IMG/VR virus record: IMGVR_UViG_3300035135_002099 | Location: 1-38,393 of that record | Direction: 5' to 3' (one strand) | Length of the DNA stretch: 38,393 nt | Source of the DNA: a virus | Taxonomy: Duplodnaviria; Caudoviricetes | Shown here: positions 1 to 8,191 of the stretch, piece by piece | Position numbering within the stretch: the stretch's first letter is position 1 | Layout of the letters: each line of letters opens with the position of its first letter | Made by a program: the position numbers and the translations under genes | Notes under the pieces: model-generated | Databases searched by the model: none | Told to the model about the DNA's origin: nothing | The model's input: only the letters and a program-made list of their open reading frames with translations

Positions 1-900
1 TAATCCATCTGTACTGTATTCGCTAATATTTGCTCCAATGTTGAATGAAAATGACGCCATGTTTGTAAAACTTGTTGGTTTTTCAGTAAGGTCATTATAG
101 CTACCACTAAATCCACTTGCTAATAAACTATCATTATCTGATAATTGGTTAATATCTGTTGGAATAGATGGTTTATTAGTTAAATTAAAATAACTGCCAT
201 CAAATAATATATTTGTTGTATCTGTTAATTCACTTACATCACTTGCTATTGCAGGAGCATTTAATAAACTACTAAATTCTCCATCAAATAAAACTGGCTT
301 ATTTAACAGATCGTTGTAGTCGCCGCTAAATGCATCTGTAATACCATAACCTTGGATTGTATTAGGTTTGTTAAAAATTGTATCAAAGTTTACAGATGTA
401 GCATCTAGATCTCTAAAAGTAAAGTTTCCAGTGCCATCAGTGCTTAAAACTTGTCCTGCACTACCGTCTTGAATATTAAGATCTGTAAGACTAGAAGGTA
501 CAGCTGGTTTATTTCTTAGATCGTTAAAATCGCCCGAATAAGCTACAGTATCTAAAGGATCAGTATAATTTGCTATTGTATTATTTTGATCATTTGCAAG
601 TATTCTGTGCCATGTACCATTATTAGCATAATATAGACTACCTTCATTTGAAACAAGTACAATTAATCCTGAATATGTAGTAGGATTTATTTGTTGTAAT
701 TCTGCATTTGTACCAACTACATTTTTATATAATATTTTATTTTGCCCAAAATCTATATCAGAAGACAATAGATTATTGCCATCACCTAGTATTGTATATA
801 TTTCGTCAAAATTGGTATTAATTTTTCCGGCGCCATCTCTTAAACTATCGCCCTGACCGTCATTTGCTAATATACCTGTATCAACAGTTTGCTTTGCCAT
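1..900 (-). CDS. Baseplate/fibre protein with T4 gp9/gp10-like N-terminus; partial, runs off the window start; missing from the ORF track
   Basis: Manual translation from ATG at 900 is open to base 1: MAKQTVDTGILANDGQGDSLRDGAGKINTNFDEIYTILGDG..., matching the gp9/gp10 N-terminal motif NDGxGDxLRxxxxKINxNFxExY. Later SGD(F/Y)NDLxNKP-type fibre repeats. GGAGA RBS at 906-910. Confidence 0.8.
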   Translation of the reverse strand, partial: MAKQTVDTGILANDGQGDSLRDGAGKINTNFDEIYTILGDGNNLLSSDIDFGQNKILYKNVVGTNAELQQINPTTYSGLIVLVSNEGSLYYANNGTWHRILANDQNNTIANYTDPLDTVAYSGDFNDLRNKPAVPSSLTDLNIQDGSAGQVLSTDGTGNFTFRDLDATSVNFDTIFNKPNTIQGYGITDAFSGDYNDLLNKPVLFDGEFSSLLNAPAIASDVSELTDTTNILFDGSYFNLTNKPSIPTDINQLSDNDSLLASGFSGSYNDLTEKPTSFTNMASFSFNIGANISEYSTDGL

Positions 901-901
901 A

Positions 902-1369
902 TTATTCTCCGTCCCAGGTTATTCCGCTTGAATCAAAAGTAAATCCTGTGCTACTAAAATTATTTTCTGTGCTTGTATTTATTACTACAGTTTCTAATGC
1001 TGTTTCTATTATGTTTCTTGATTCAAATGTTTTTCTTATAAGTTGTTTTTTAAATCCGACAACACTACTATTTCTTCTGTTATAGTTTAATATTTCTGCA
1101 ACTAGCTCGTTTAATTGAATTTCAGATAATTTACGCAAACTATCTAACAATGTAAACAACGTTACTTTGTCATTTTTTGCTTGGTTTATAAGCATAATAG
1201 AAACAGCTAATGCAGCTGATTTTTCGAATCCTTTTGATTCAAAAAATGCAATAGAAGAACTTATTTCGTCATCGGATAAATTTACAGGAGTAGTATAGTA
1301 TCTATCAAAAAATACTTTTATATTTTTTGTACTTGTTTTTGAAATATTAGGTATAGGTAAACTTGTCAT
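902..1369 (-). CDS. Hypothetical phage protein, probably baseplate-associated (155 aa)
   Basis: ATGA overlap with the upstream gene. C-terminal FSSTGFTFDSSGITWDGE resembles TFD-type C-termini of T4-like baseplate wedge proteins. Confidence 0.6.
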   Translation of the reverse strand: MTSLPIPNISKTSTKNIKVFFDRYYTTPVNLSDDEISSSIAFFESKGFEKSAALAVSIMLINQAKNDKVTLFTLLDSLRKLSEIQLNELVAEILNYNRRNSSVVGFKKQLIRKTFESRNIIETALETVVINTSTENNFSSTGFTFDSSGITWDGE

Positions 1370-2571
1370 ATTGCTTTATCCAATACTGCATCTATAAATG
1401 GTTGTTTAACTGTAGTTGAAAAACTATTCCATTGAGCATTTGCACCATTGACTCCCCCGTCGCCTCCGTTTGCTAAAAATGATTGTTGAAATTCTATTCT
1501 TGCTAAATCATCTAATTTTTTTGGATTATTAAGTAACTCATTAGTAGACAGTGTTTGTGAACTTACAGTATTTGTAGAACTAAATGCTACAGTTGATGTG
1601 CTTGTATTATTTCCACCTAAACCGTTATTTAATGGTAATACAATATTTTGTTGGCCACCTATTTGAAAATTAGAACTTGTACTTATATTGAAATTTGTGT
1701 TTTGAGTATTAGGTTTTAAATTTTGTCCTTCAAAGATAGTGTTTCTTTTAAATCTGTCCTCATATATAAATTCGTCATTGCCATTTCTTAATTGTGGATC
1801 TACTACAGACAATGGACTAGGTTGTTGATCATAATATTCAGTTCCAAATCCTGTAGGACTTCCTTCGCCGTCTGCACTAACCCTTCCTCGACTGTAATGG
1901 ACTGCCTCATATTGCAAAGTCATTGAATTTGCAAGTGGAGTACCATTATCTTGCGATTCAACAGAATCATGTTGCCATTGACTTACAAGAGGGTTAACTA
2001 ATCTATAGGTTGTGTAAAAATTTCTAGATAGTTGTGTAAGTTCTATATATCTAAAAAATGGTACAGTTATATTATTATCTAAACCATACCTAAACTGATT
2101 TCTAGGAGCACCTTTATATGTGTTGTCACCGTCGCCTGCTTTATTGTATGCTCCTGGTTGATTTAAATGCCATCCGTCTGCATAGTAAAATCTATAGTAT
2201 GCTTCTAGTAATGCTGTAGTAACACCATGATTGTCATCATGGAATGTTACAGTCACAGGGTCGTAAGTTATATTTGTTTGTACGTGTTTCTTTCTGTTGT
2301 ATTTGTTTTTTGTTTCTATCTGTGCAGTATATCTTGGTAAATCTGCACTTTTTACAAGTAATCCAATTTCAGTACTATACTTTGTTAAAAGATTTGGAAC
2401 AATATCGCTTACACTAGGATCTATACTAAAATACACATGGTACAGAAACTTTTGCTTTGGTGCAAATTGAAAATTGTTTTCTGTGAATAGCCTAGCGGCA
2501 TGACGAAAGTCGGCCATAGTTCCTTTTGGACCGCCAATATTGTTCAAGTTATCTGCAAATGAGTTAGCCAT
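1366..2571 (-). CDS. Tail tube-like baseplate-tube junction protein (gp19/gp54-like paralog) with low-complexity C-terminal extension
   Basis: VKSADLPRY...YDPVTVTFHDD...LVNPLVSQWQHD...MTLQYE parallels the tube fold of the neighbouring gene. Lies directly downstream of the tube gene. Confidence 0.65.
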   Translation of the reverse strand: MANSFADNLNNIGGPKGTMADFRHAARLFTENNFQFAPKQKFLYHVYFSIDPSVSDIVPNLLTKYSTEIGLLVKSADLPRYTAQIETKNKYNRKKHVQTNITYDPVTVTFHDDNHGVTTALLEAYYRFYYADGWHLNQPGAYNKAGDGDNTYKGAPRNQFRYGLDNNITVPFFRYIELTQLSRNFYTTYRLVNPLVSQWQHDSVESQDNGTPLANSMTLQYEAVHYSRGRVSADGEGSPTGFGTEYYDQQPSPLSVVDPQLRNGNDEFIYEDRFKRNTIFEGQNLKPNTQNTNFNISTSSNFQIGGQQNIVLPLNNGLGGNNTSTSTVAFSSTNTVSSQTLSTNELLNNPKKLDDLARIEFQQSFLANGGDGGVNGANAQWNSFSTTVKQPFIDAVLDKAI

Positions 2572-2576
2572 ACTAA

Positions 2577-2584
2577 TATTTATC
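2577..2584 (-). promoter_or_regulatory. T4-late-like promoter GATAAATA, 5 nt before the ATG
   Basis: Minus strand reads GATAAATA-TTAGT-ATG with no SD. The motif recurs before many structural genes here. Confidence 0.65.
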
Positions 2585-2609
2585 TAAAGATGTAAAGTGC
2601 GTAGATAAT

Positions 2610-2635
2610 AAAAAAGGGACCTTACGGCCCCTTTT
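2610..2635 (-). terminator. Rho-independent terminator after the tail tube gene
   Basis: Minus-strand RNA GGGGCC-GUAA-GGUCCC-UUUUUU: 6-bp stem with one G:U, GNRA tetraloop, U6 tail, about 20 nt after the stop codon. Confidence 0.85.
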
Positions 2636-2656
2636 AATTTTAAGTTTACAGTGTTA

Positions 2657-3283
2657 TTAAGAACCGCCGCCTGTTATCAAGCTACCTGCTGTTCTTGGTA
2701 CAGCAGTACCAATTCCGCCTGAAGCATCAGTCTGTACAGCATTATCATACTGCATTTCTAATGTAACTGTAACAGGTTCATTATTTTGATATGCTAAGGT
2801 ATTGTAATTTGCATTTGTAACAAAACAACCATATAATTCAAATGTTTCTAATACATTTGGTGTGTACACTCCATTGCCGCCGTCTAGTATTTCAATACGT
2901 GTAACAAACTTATAATCTTGCCCAGATGTTGGACTTGATTGTTCCATAAAATCAAATTGCTTCTGTAACTGCTCGCCTACCAATTTTTGTACACTATTGT
3001 TTACGTCTTCACGTAAGTTTAATGTAATTGGTTGCCAAGTATGTTTTCCTGCTAGATATGCTTTTGAATTATATGCATGAATTTCCATTGGTTCAAAAGC
3101 CACTGTTGGTCTTGTTACATCTATAACTTGTTTTGTCAGTTCAGTTGTTGGTGTTGAAACACCAAAGTTTTCCAGCGACACCCTAAAGCGGTACTGGAGC
3201 TTCGGCATCAACAAGCCTTGAGTGCTGGCTGAGTCTCCCCCTGCTATTGGCACTGTAATTTTCGATAATGATGATATTGCCAT
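2657..3283 (-). CDS. gp19: Tail tube protein (T4 gp19-like)
   Basis: PKLQYRFRV...RPTVAFEPMEIHAYNSKAYLAGKHTWQPITLNLRED...FELYGCF...VTLEMQYDNA. Follows the sheath gene. GGAGC RBS at 3291-3295. Confidence 0.85.
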   Translation of the reverse strand: MAISSLSKITVPIAGGDSASTQGLLMPKLQYRFRVSLENFGVSTPTTELTKQVIDVTRPTVAFEPMEIHAYNSKAYLAGKHTWQPITLNLREDVNNSVQKLVGEQLQKQFDFMEQSSPTSGQDYKFVTRIEILDGGNGVYTPNVLETFELYGCFVTNANYNTLAYQNNEPVTVTLEMQYDNAVQTDASGGIGTAVPRTAGSLITGGGS

Positions 3284-3306
3284 TTAATTTGCTCCTAGTT
3301 CAATAG

Positions 3307-3314
3307 TATTTATC
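3307..3314 (-). promoter_or_regulatory. T4-late-like promoter GATAAATA overlapping the sheath stop codon
   Basis: TGATAAATA upstream of the tube gene RBS. Confidence 0.65.
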
Positions 3315-6300
3315 AAGTTAAGGTACCTTCGATTTCGCCTGTATTTTTAAGTCTTAATGGAATGTAAATAAACTCAATTGCCTTAACTGGTTCAATAGCA
3401 ATGTCTAAGTATAGTTCATTTCTATCTATTCTAGCAGGTGTATTGTTTGTTTCATCACATACAACTAAGAAATCATACAGTGCTCTTTGACCTACAAGTT
3501 CTAGCAATAAACTTTCAGTTTGTTGCTTGATTTCATCTCTAGTAATCTTATCATTTGGTTCAAAGATATAAGGTTTAGCAAGTGAATTAAGTTGACTACG
3601 TAAGTATACAACTAAACGTGCTACGTTAATTCTATCTAGTGAACTTGCACCTCTTGCACGAGTTTTTTGACCAAAGTTAACAATACCTGCTCCTGTTATA
3701 AATGTAACTGGATTGATGTTGTTTGAATACAATGTATCTCTTTGTCCTTCATTAAGTGCAATACTTACAAAATCACCTTCGCTATTAATATATCCTGTTG
3801 CTGTTGCGTTTGTTACGCCGCCACGTCTTGTACCTGCTGGTGCAAACCATGGGAACGATACTTGATCGCTTAACGCCATAGTTCTTAGCATCATATGACT
3901 TGGTGGAACAACTACGTTATTTCCAAAGTTATCGCTTGAAAAGCCCCATGGATAAAATACTGCTAAGTACTCATCGCTAGTAACTACGCCATCGTCGTTA
4001 TCTTCAACTGCTGATCTAACATTTGTTGCCCAGTCACTGAGTGAAGTAGCACTTGAATCAAGTCTAGCAGGTGAATCGCCGACAACAAATGCTGACAAAC
4101 CTCTATCATAGTTTAGGCTTACCATTTCTCCGATTAGCTCTGGATAACCTGGTGCAGCAATTAAGTTAAATATCCTTGCATCAGCATTTCTAATTTCTTC
4201 GTTGCTATTCATACCAGCTTGCATAGCTTGTAAAATAACTTTACGCTGAGCTTTACGTCCAAAACTACCTGCACCGTCTACTTGGTTTGCAGATTTAGTT
4301 ACCCAACGATCAGTTGCGTATAATGCCATTGATTCTTCACCAAATCTTTCATTTACACCTGTTGTATCAATATAGTTACGCTTATATTCTTTTACATTGA
4401 ATCCACTTCTACGTGTATTGAATAAAAGCATGCCTGTTGGATAAAGTACAGGATCTGGACAATCTGGATCTACAAAGTTTGATGTAAGTAAATCTTTAAT
4501 TGTTGCTTTTGTATTTCCGCTTGCTCCTGTTGAACCGTATCTTGCATCACCAAATACAATACCTGCGTCTGTAGTTTGATCACTGTTATCAACTAGTGTC
4601 CATTTAGCAGTGCCTTTATTGTATTTGTAAATTTGTGGATAGTTTTCTAAATCCGAAGTATCAATCCATAAATCTCCTGACTGCAATTCTGTGCCATCTG
4701 ATTGTGTAGTTGGTTTTGAAGCACTTACAATCGGTCCATTTGGATCAGTTAGATTTGCTAAATCATACACTGGACTTGTTGAATCTTGATAGCCAACCCA
4801 TGCTGTACCATTGTTGATCATAATATCAACTTCGTCAATTATAGAATTATACCACAAAGTGCCGTCTGCTGCTGTTGTAGTAAGTGCATTAGCTGATGGT
4901 GTATATGATAATTTTTCCCAATTTGAAAGTCTGTATTGTAAAGGATTACCGCTGGAATTATCAATACCTGGCTCATCCATAACAAATCTTGTACCTGTGT
5001 TTGCATCAACATATGGTGTTAAACCTAAATTAGAAAGCATTGCCTGTGCGCCTGCACCGTCAATTAGTCTAATGTCACCACCTGTTGAATGTTTTATGAC
5101 TACTCTATTATTTCCGTCAACTTCAGCAAACACATTAGCAACGCCTGCATTTGTAATCGCCGCAGCTATTGTTGTAGCATCGGTAGCATCTCCTGCCGCT
5201 GTCCAAGTAATTACTGCTCCTGTAATAGATGAAGTTCCTGGAGTAGTACCTTGTACAGTCATGCTATATGCCTGTGCTCCAATAAATTGTGTTGCAATAG
5301 TTTGTCCTGTTACTGTTGTAGAACCTGTTGCACCTCTTCTAAAAATTCTAAATGTACCTAGTGGATCAGCATCTCCTGCAACATTAGTTTGGATGTAAAG
5401 ATCACCTAATGTAAGATTTGCACCTCCACCTGTTCTGTCTAGATTTAATAACGCTTCTTGGTTTGAAGGATGTAATGGTGAGTCAGTGTTATCCCATAGT
5501 AACGTATCTTCGTTCCATCTTTTTACTCTCCAACGAGCACCTAGATTAGGTGTTGTTGTTTTAATCCATATAGACCCTGTTGGTCTACCAGTTGCTCCTG
5601 TAATTGCATTCCTTTTGAATGTGCTAGGAACATTAGTGTGTGTTGAAATTTGTAAATCTGCAGGATAATATGTTCCTGCTGTGATACCAATTTCATCAAG
5701 TGCAGTAGTATCACCTCCTACTGGATTTGCAATTATCATTTCGCCATCGTTATTTGGTCCTGATGTGCTATCGCCGAAAATTGCAAGTTCGCCATTTTTA
5801 ACACTTGCCGTAATGTTTTGTCCTGCCATTACAGTAGTAATAGTTGAAGCAACATCTGCCACTTCGTCTGATCCATTAACAGTAATTGTTACACCGTTAA
5901 TTGTAAATGTAGCTGCACTAAATGTTGAAACAGTTTTAGATCCGCTTACTGCTGGCCAGCTTGTTTTCCAGGCGTCTGTCCCTACTTGTACCCAAGTTCC
6001 TGAAGAATTTCTGTACCATAAAGTAACTAAGTCAGTTACAGCTACTAGTGCATAATCACCAATAGCACCAATTGAAGCTGCCGGAGTAAAATCGTCACCG
6101 TCGTAATCTACAACATCGTTAGGATCAGTAATTACTGTTGGAACTTTGTTGCTAAATGTTTGTCCGTTCAATGTAGACTCTACAGCGTTATTCCATACTT
6201 GGATACCGTATAAAGATGCTGTTGTATCTAACCAGTAAGTACCATCTGCTGGATTTGCAGCAGGAACTGCTGTAGCTGGTTTAAGTGCATCTAAGTCTAC

Positions 6301-6639
6301 GTCTGCTCTCATTACCCAAGCTCTGTTGCTTACGCCCAAATAACTATAAGCGGCTTGAAGTCCGTATTCGTTTAATTCACTTCCGTGAATTGGATTATTG
6401 TTTGCATCTATTTGGAATACTGGATCTCCAAATACTTCTGCTAAATCTCTTTGTGATGTAAGCAAATATGGTTTATTTGCGTTTTCTTTAGTTGTACCTT
6501 GTGCAGTACCTGAACCAGCCGCGTTCGCTTTATTCTGGGCAGTTGCAACAAATATCATTGGTACAGTACCCGGCTCAGCTGGTGTGTAGAAACTTTCGTC
6601 TACTACGCTGACCTGTACTCCTGGTGATGTTAATGCCAT
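3313..6639 (-). CDS. gp18: Contractile tail sheath protein (T4 gp18-like), 1108 aa; start revised from 6726 to 6639
   Basis: N-terminus MALTSPGVQVSVVDES with AGGAGA RBS at 6646-6651. C-terminal sheath domain WFAPAGTRRG...LYSNNINPV...GQKT...DRINVARL...FEPND...CDETNNTP...IEPVKAIEFIYI. Confidence 0.92.
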   Translation of the reverse strand: MALTSPGVQVSVVDESFYTPAEPGTVPMIFVATAQNKANAAGSGTAQGTTKENANKPYLLTSQRDLAEVFGDPVFQIDANNNPIHGSELNEYGLQAAYSYLGVSNRAWVMRADVDLDALKPATAVPAANPADGTYWLDTTASLYGIQVWNNAVESTLNGQTFSNKVPTVITDPNDVVDYDGDDFTPAASIGAIGDYALVAVTDLVTLWYRNSSGTWVQVGTDAWKTSWPAVSGSKTVSTFSAATFTINGVTITVNGSDEVADVASTITTVMAGQNITASVKNGELAIFGDSTSGPNNDGEMIIANPVGGDTTALDEIGITAGTYYPADLQISTHTNVPSTFKRNAITGATGRPTGSIWIKTTTPNLGARWRVKRWNEDTLLWDNTDSPLHPSNQEALLNLDRTGGGANLTLGDLYIQTNVAGDADPLGTFRIFRRGATGSTTVTGQTIATQFIGAQAYSMTVQGTTPGTSSITGAVITWTAAGDATDATTIAAAITNAGVANVFAEVDGNNRVVIKHSTGGDIRLIDGAGAQAMLSNLGLTPYVDANTGTRFVMDEPGIDNSSGNPLQYRLSNWEKLSYTPSANALTTTAADGTLWYNSIIDEVDIMINNGTAWVGYQDSTSPVYDLANLTDPNGPIVSASKPTTQSDGTELQSGDLWIDTSDLENYPQIYKYNKGTAKWTLVDNSDQTTDAGIVFGDARYGSTGASGNTKATIKDLLTSNFVDPDCPDPVLYPTGMLLFNTRRSGFNVKEYKRNYIDTTGVNERFGEESMALYATDRWVTKSANQVDGAGSFGRKAQRKVILQAMQAGMNSNEEIRNADARIFNLIAAPGYPELIGEMVSLNYDRGLSAFVVGDSPARLDSSATSLSDWATNVRSAVEDNDDGVVTSDEYLAVFYPWGFSSDNFGNNVVVPPSHMMLRTMALSDQVSFPWFAPAGTRRGGVTNATATGYINSEGDFVSIALNEGQRDTLYSNNINPVTFITGAGIVNFGQKTRARGASSLDRINVARLVVYLRSQLNSLAKPYIFEPNDKITRDEIKQQTESLLLELVGQRALYDFLVVCDETNNTPARIDRNELYLDIAIEPVKAIEFIYIPLRLKNTGEIEGTLT

Positions 6640-6671
6640 TTGTTTTCTCCTATTGGACAGTTTGTTATATG

Positions 6672-6679
6672 TATTTACC
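6672..6679 (-). promoter_or_regulatory. Late-like promoter GGTAAATA for the sheath gene
   Basis: TAAATA core about 20 nt upstream of the RBS. A divergent GGTAAATA copy sits at 6735-6742 on the + strand. Confidence 0.5.
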
Positions 6680-6734
6680 ATTATTTCAAAAAAATATATG
6701 TCAAATACCAGTAAAAAAGGTATCAAAAAGGTGA

Positions 6735-6742
6735 GGTAAATA
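6735..6742 (+). promoter_or_regulatory. Late-like promoter GGTAAATA, 5 nt before the ATG at 6748
   Basis: GGTAAATA-TATGT-ATG. Confidence 0.5.
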
Positions 6743-6747
6743 TATGT

Positions 6748-7083
6748 ATGAGACCTTTATGCAAATGTGGACAAAGACCTGCCGCTATTAATTATAAAAA
6801 AGGTGGAAGAACTTACTATAGAAAACTATGTGAAACATGTTTACGCAATGGCGTAGGACACGGTATACCTATTTGGCAACAAAGAGGTTATGAGAAAAAA
6901 GAGTATTGCGAAAAATGTGGGTTCAAATCAAAACACGAAGAACAGTTTAACGTTTTTCATATCGATGGTGATCTAAATAATAGTAGGCCTTATAATTTAA
7001 AAACTATTTGTGCTAATTGTCAAAGATTACTACAAAAAAAGGATGCAAAATGGAAGCAGGGAGATTTAACTCCTGACTTTTAA
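6748..7083 (+). CDS. Zn-finger/HNH-like protein, possibly catalytically degenerate
   Basis: CKC...CETC N-terminal finger, then CEKC...VFHIDGDLNN...NLKTICANCQ matching the HNH pattern HHIDGxxxNNxxxNLxxLCxNCH. Confidence 0.7.
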   Translation: MRPLCKCGQRPAAINYKKGGRTYYRKLCETCLRNGVGHGIPIWQQRGYEKKEYCEKCGFKSKHEEQFNVFHIDGDLNNSRPYNLKTICANCQRLLQKKDAKWKQGDLTPDF

Positions 7084-7566
7084 ATTTTCAATAAGTTGAG
7101 TAGTATTGAACTCTAGTTCTTCTAAACTATTATTATTGTCTATAGTGAAATCAGCCATCCATTGTTCTAAGCTCATACTATCTTTTGATTCAGGAGGAAG
7201 ATGGTCAATGCGATCTACCCAAATAGCATAGTCAAAAACATTTGTATTTTTCATAGCAAAATATTCACGTTTGTTTCTGAGCCCACAATATATGTCGTGT
7301 ACTTTAAATATTTCTCTTCCTAATCTTGCTCCATCACCTGCATTATAATCACAGATGGCATCATACCACTCTGCCCTATGTTGATGCCTATCAGCATAAC
7401 ATTCTTCTTCTGATTTGTATCCGTATTTGTCTTTTAACATATCATATATGAATAATTTAGAACAAAATCTACTACTAGATTCAAAACTTAAATTGTATTT
7501 TTCTTGCAATATTTCACAGACGGTATCTTTACCATGCCTGCCGTGACCTATGACTAATAGTTTCAT
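7066..7566 (-). CDS. P-loop kinase, deoxynucleoside monophosphate kinase-like (T4 gp1-like); start revised to 7566
   Basis: MKLLVIGHGRHGKDTV P-loop and C-terminal DFTIDNNNSLEEL. GAGG RBS at 7576-7579. Confidence 0.65.
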   Translation of the reverse strand: MKLLVIGHGRHGKDTVCEILQEKYNLSFESSSRFCSKLFIYDMLKDKYGYKSEEECYADRHQHRAEWYDAICDYNAGDGARLGREIFKVHDIYCGLRNKREYFAMKNTNVFDYAIWVDRIDHLPPESKDSMSLEQWMADFTIDNNNSLEELEFNTTQLIENLKVRS

Positions 7567-7592
7567 AAAGATAAACCTCAAGTATTTGTATA

Positions 7593-7621
7593 ATTGTATA
7601 CTAAAAGTTATAGAAAGTCAA
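7593..7621 (-). promoter_or_regulatory. Sigma70-type promoter for the kinase gene
   Basis: TTGACT (7621-7616), 17 nt, TACAAT (7598-7593). Confidence 0.6.
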
Positions 7622-8187
7622 GTATTTTTTAGTACAAAAAAGTTTGAAGATTTATGAATTTGTTTGTATGCATTGTACTTACTTTCATACTCGTCTACTG
7701 CTTCTACAACACCCATATGGTTTAAGCAATAGTCGTCACCGCATACTATTTTCACATTTTGAAAAAGCACCAACCAATTGTAAACAACTTCGTAAGAATG
7801 GTCGTCATCTAAATATACTAAGTCCCAATCTGCCGTAAAAAGATCTTCAATCCAATCTTTTCCATTCATTTCCCATATTGTTTTTATAATTTTATTATTA
7901 GGATGTTGTTTAATTATGTTATCAAAAATATATCTTTGATTAAATTTTTGTAATTTTTTTATTTTAGTATGATTAACTGTTTTACTTTTAAAATTATCTA
8001 ATACAAAATAACTTGCATCATGTGGCAATGCATCAAGCCACCCCCATGTGCTTCTGCCATATAAACAACCTATTTCTAAAATTTTTGGCTTATTTGGTAA
8101 TTTTTTTACTAGTTCTTTATAACAATTATGTTGATTAATATCTGTGTAACCAGGTACGTCCTTGGCGGAGTTTATTTTCATAAACAT
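7618..8187 (-). CDS. Class I SAM-dependent methyltransferase (Methyltransf_24-like)
   Basis: ILEIGCLYGRST motif I, WDLVYLDDDHSYE and VCGDDY. Confidence 0.75.
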   Translation of the reverse strand: MFMKINSAKDVPGYTDINQHNCYKELVKKLPNKPKILEIGCLYGRSTWGWLDALPHDASYFVLDNFKSKTVNHTKIKKLQKFNQRYIFDNIIKQHPNNKIIKTIWEMNGKDWIEDLFTADWDLVYLDDDHSYEVVYNWLVLFQNVKIVCGDDYCLNHMGVVEAVDEYESKYNAYKQIHKSSNFFVLKNT

Positions 8188-8191
8188 GTGT

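Noticed and set aside
6640-6726. ORF-track N-terminal extension of the sheath (similar cases at 8899-8994, 8951-8965, 7567-7581, 14227-14307)
   Set aside because: Downstream starts have better RBS or promoter context and family-typical N-termini.
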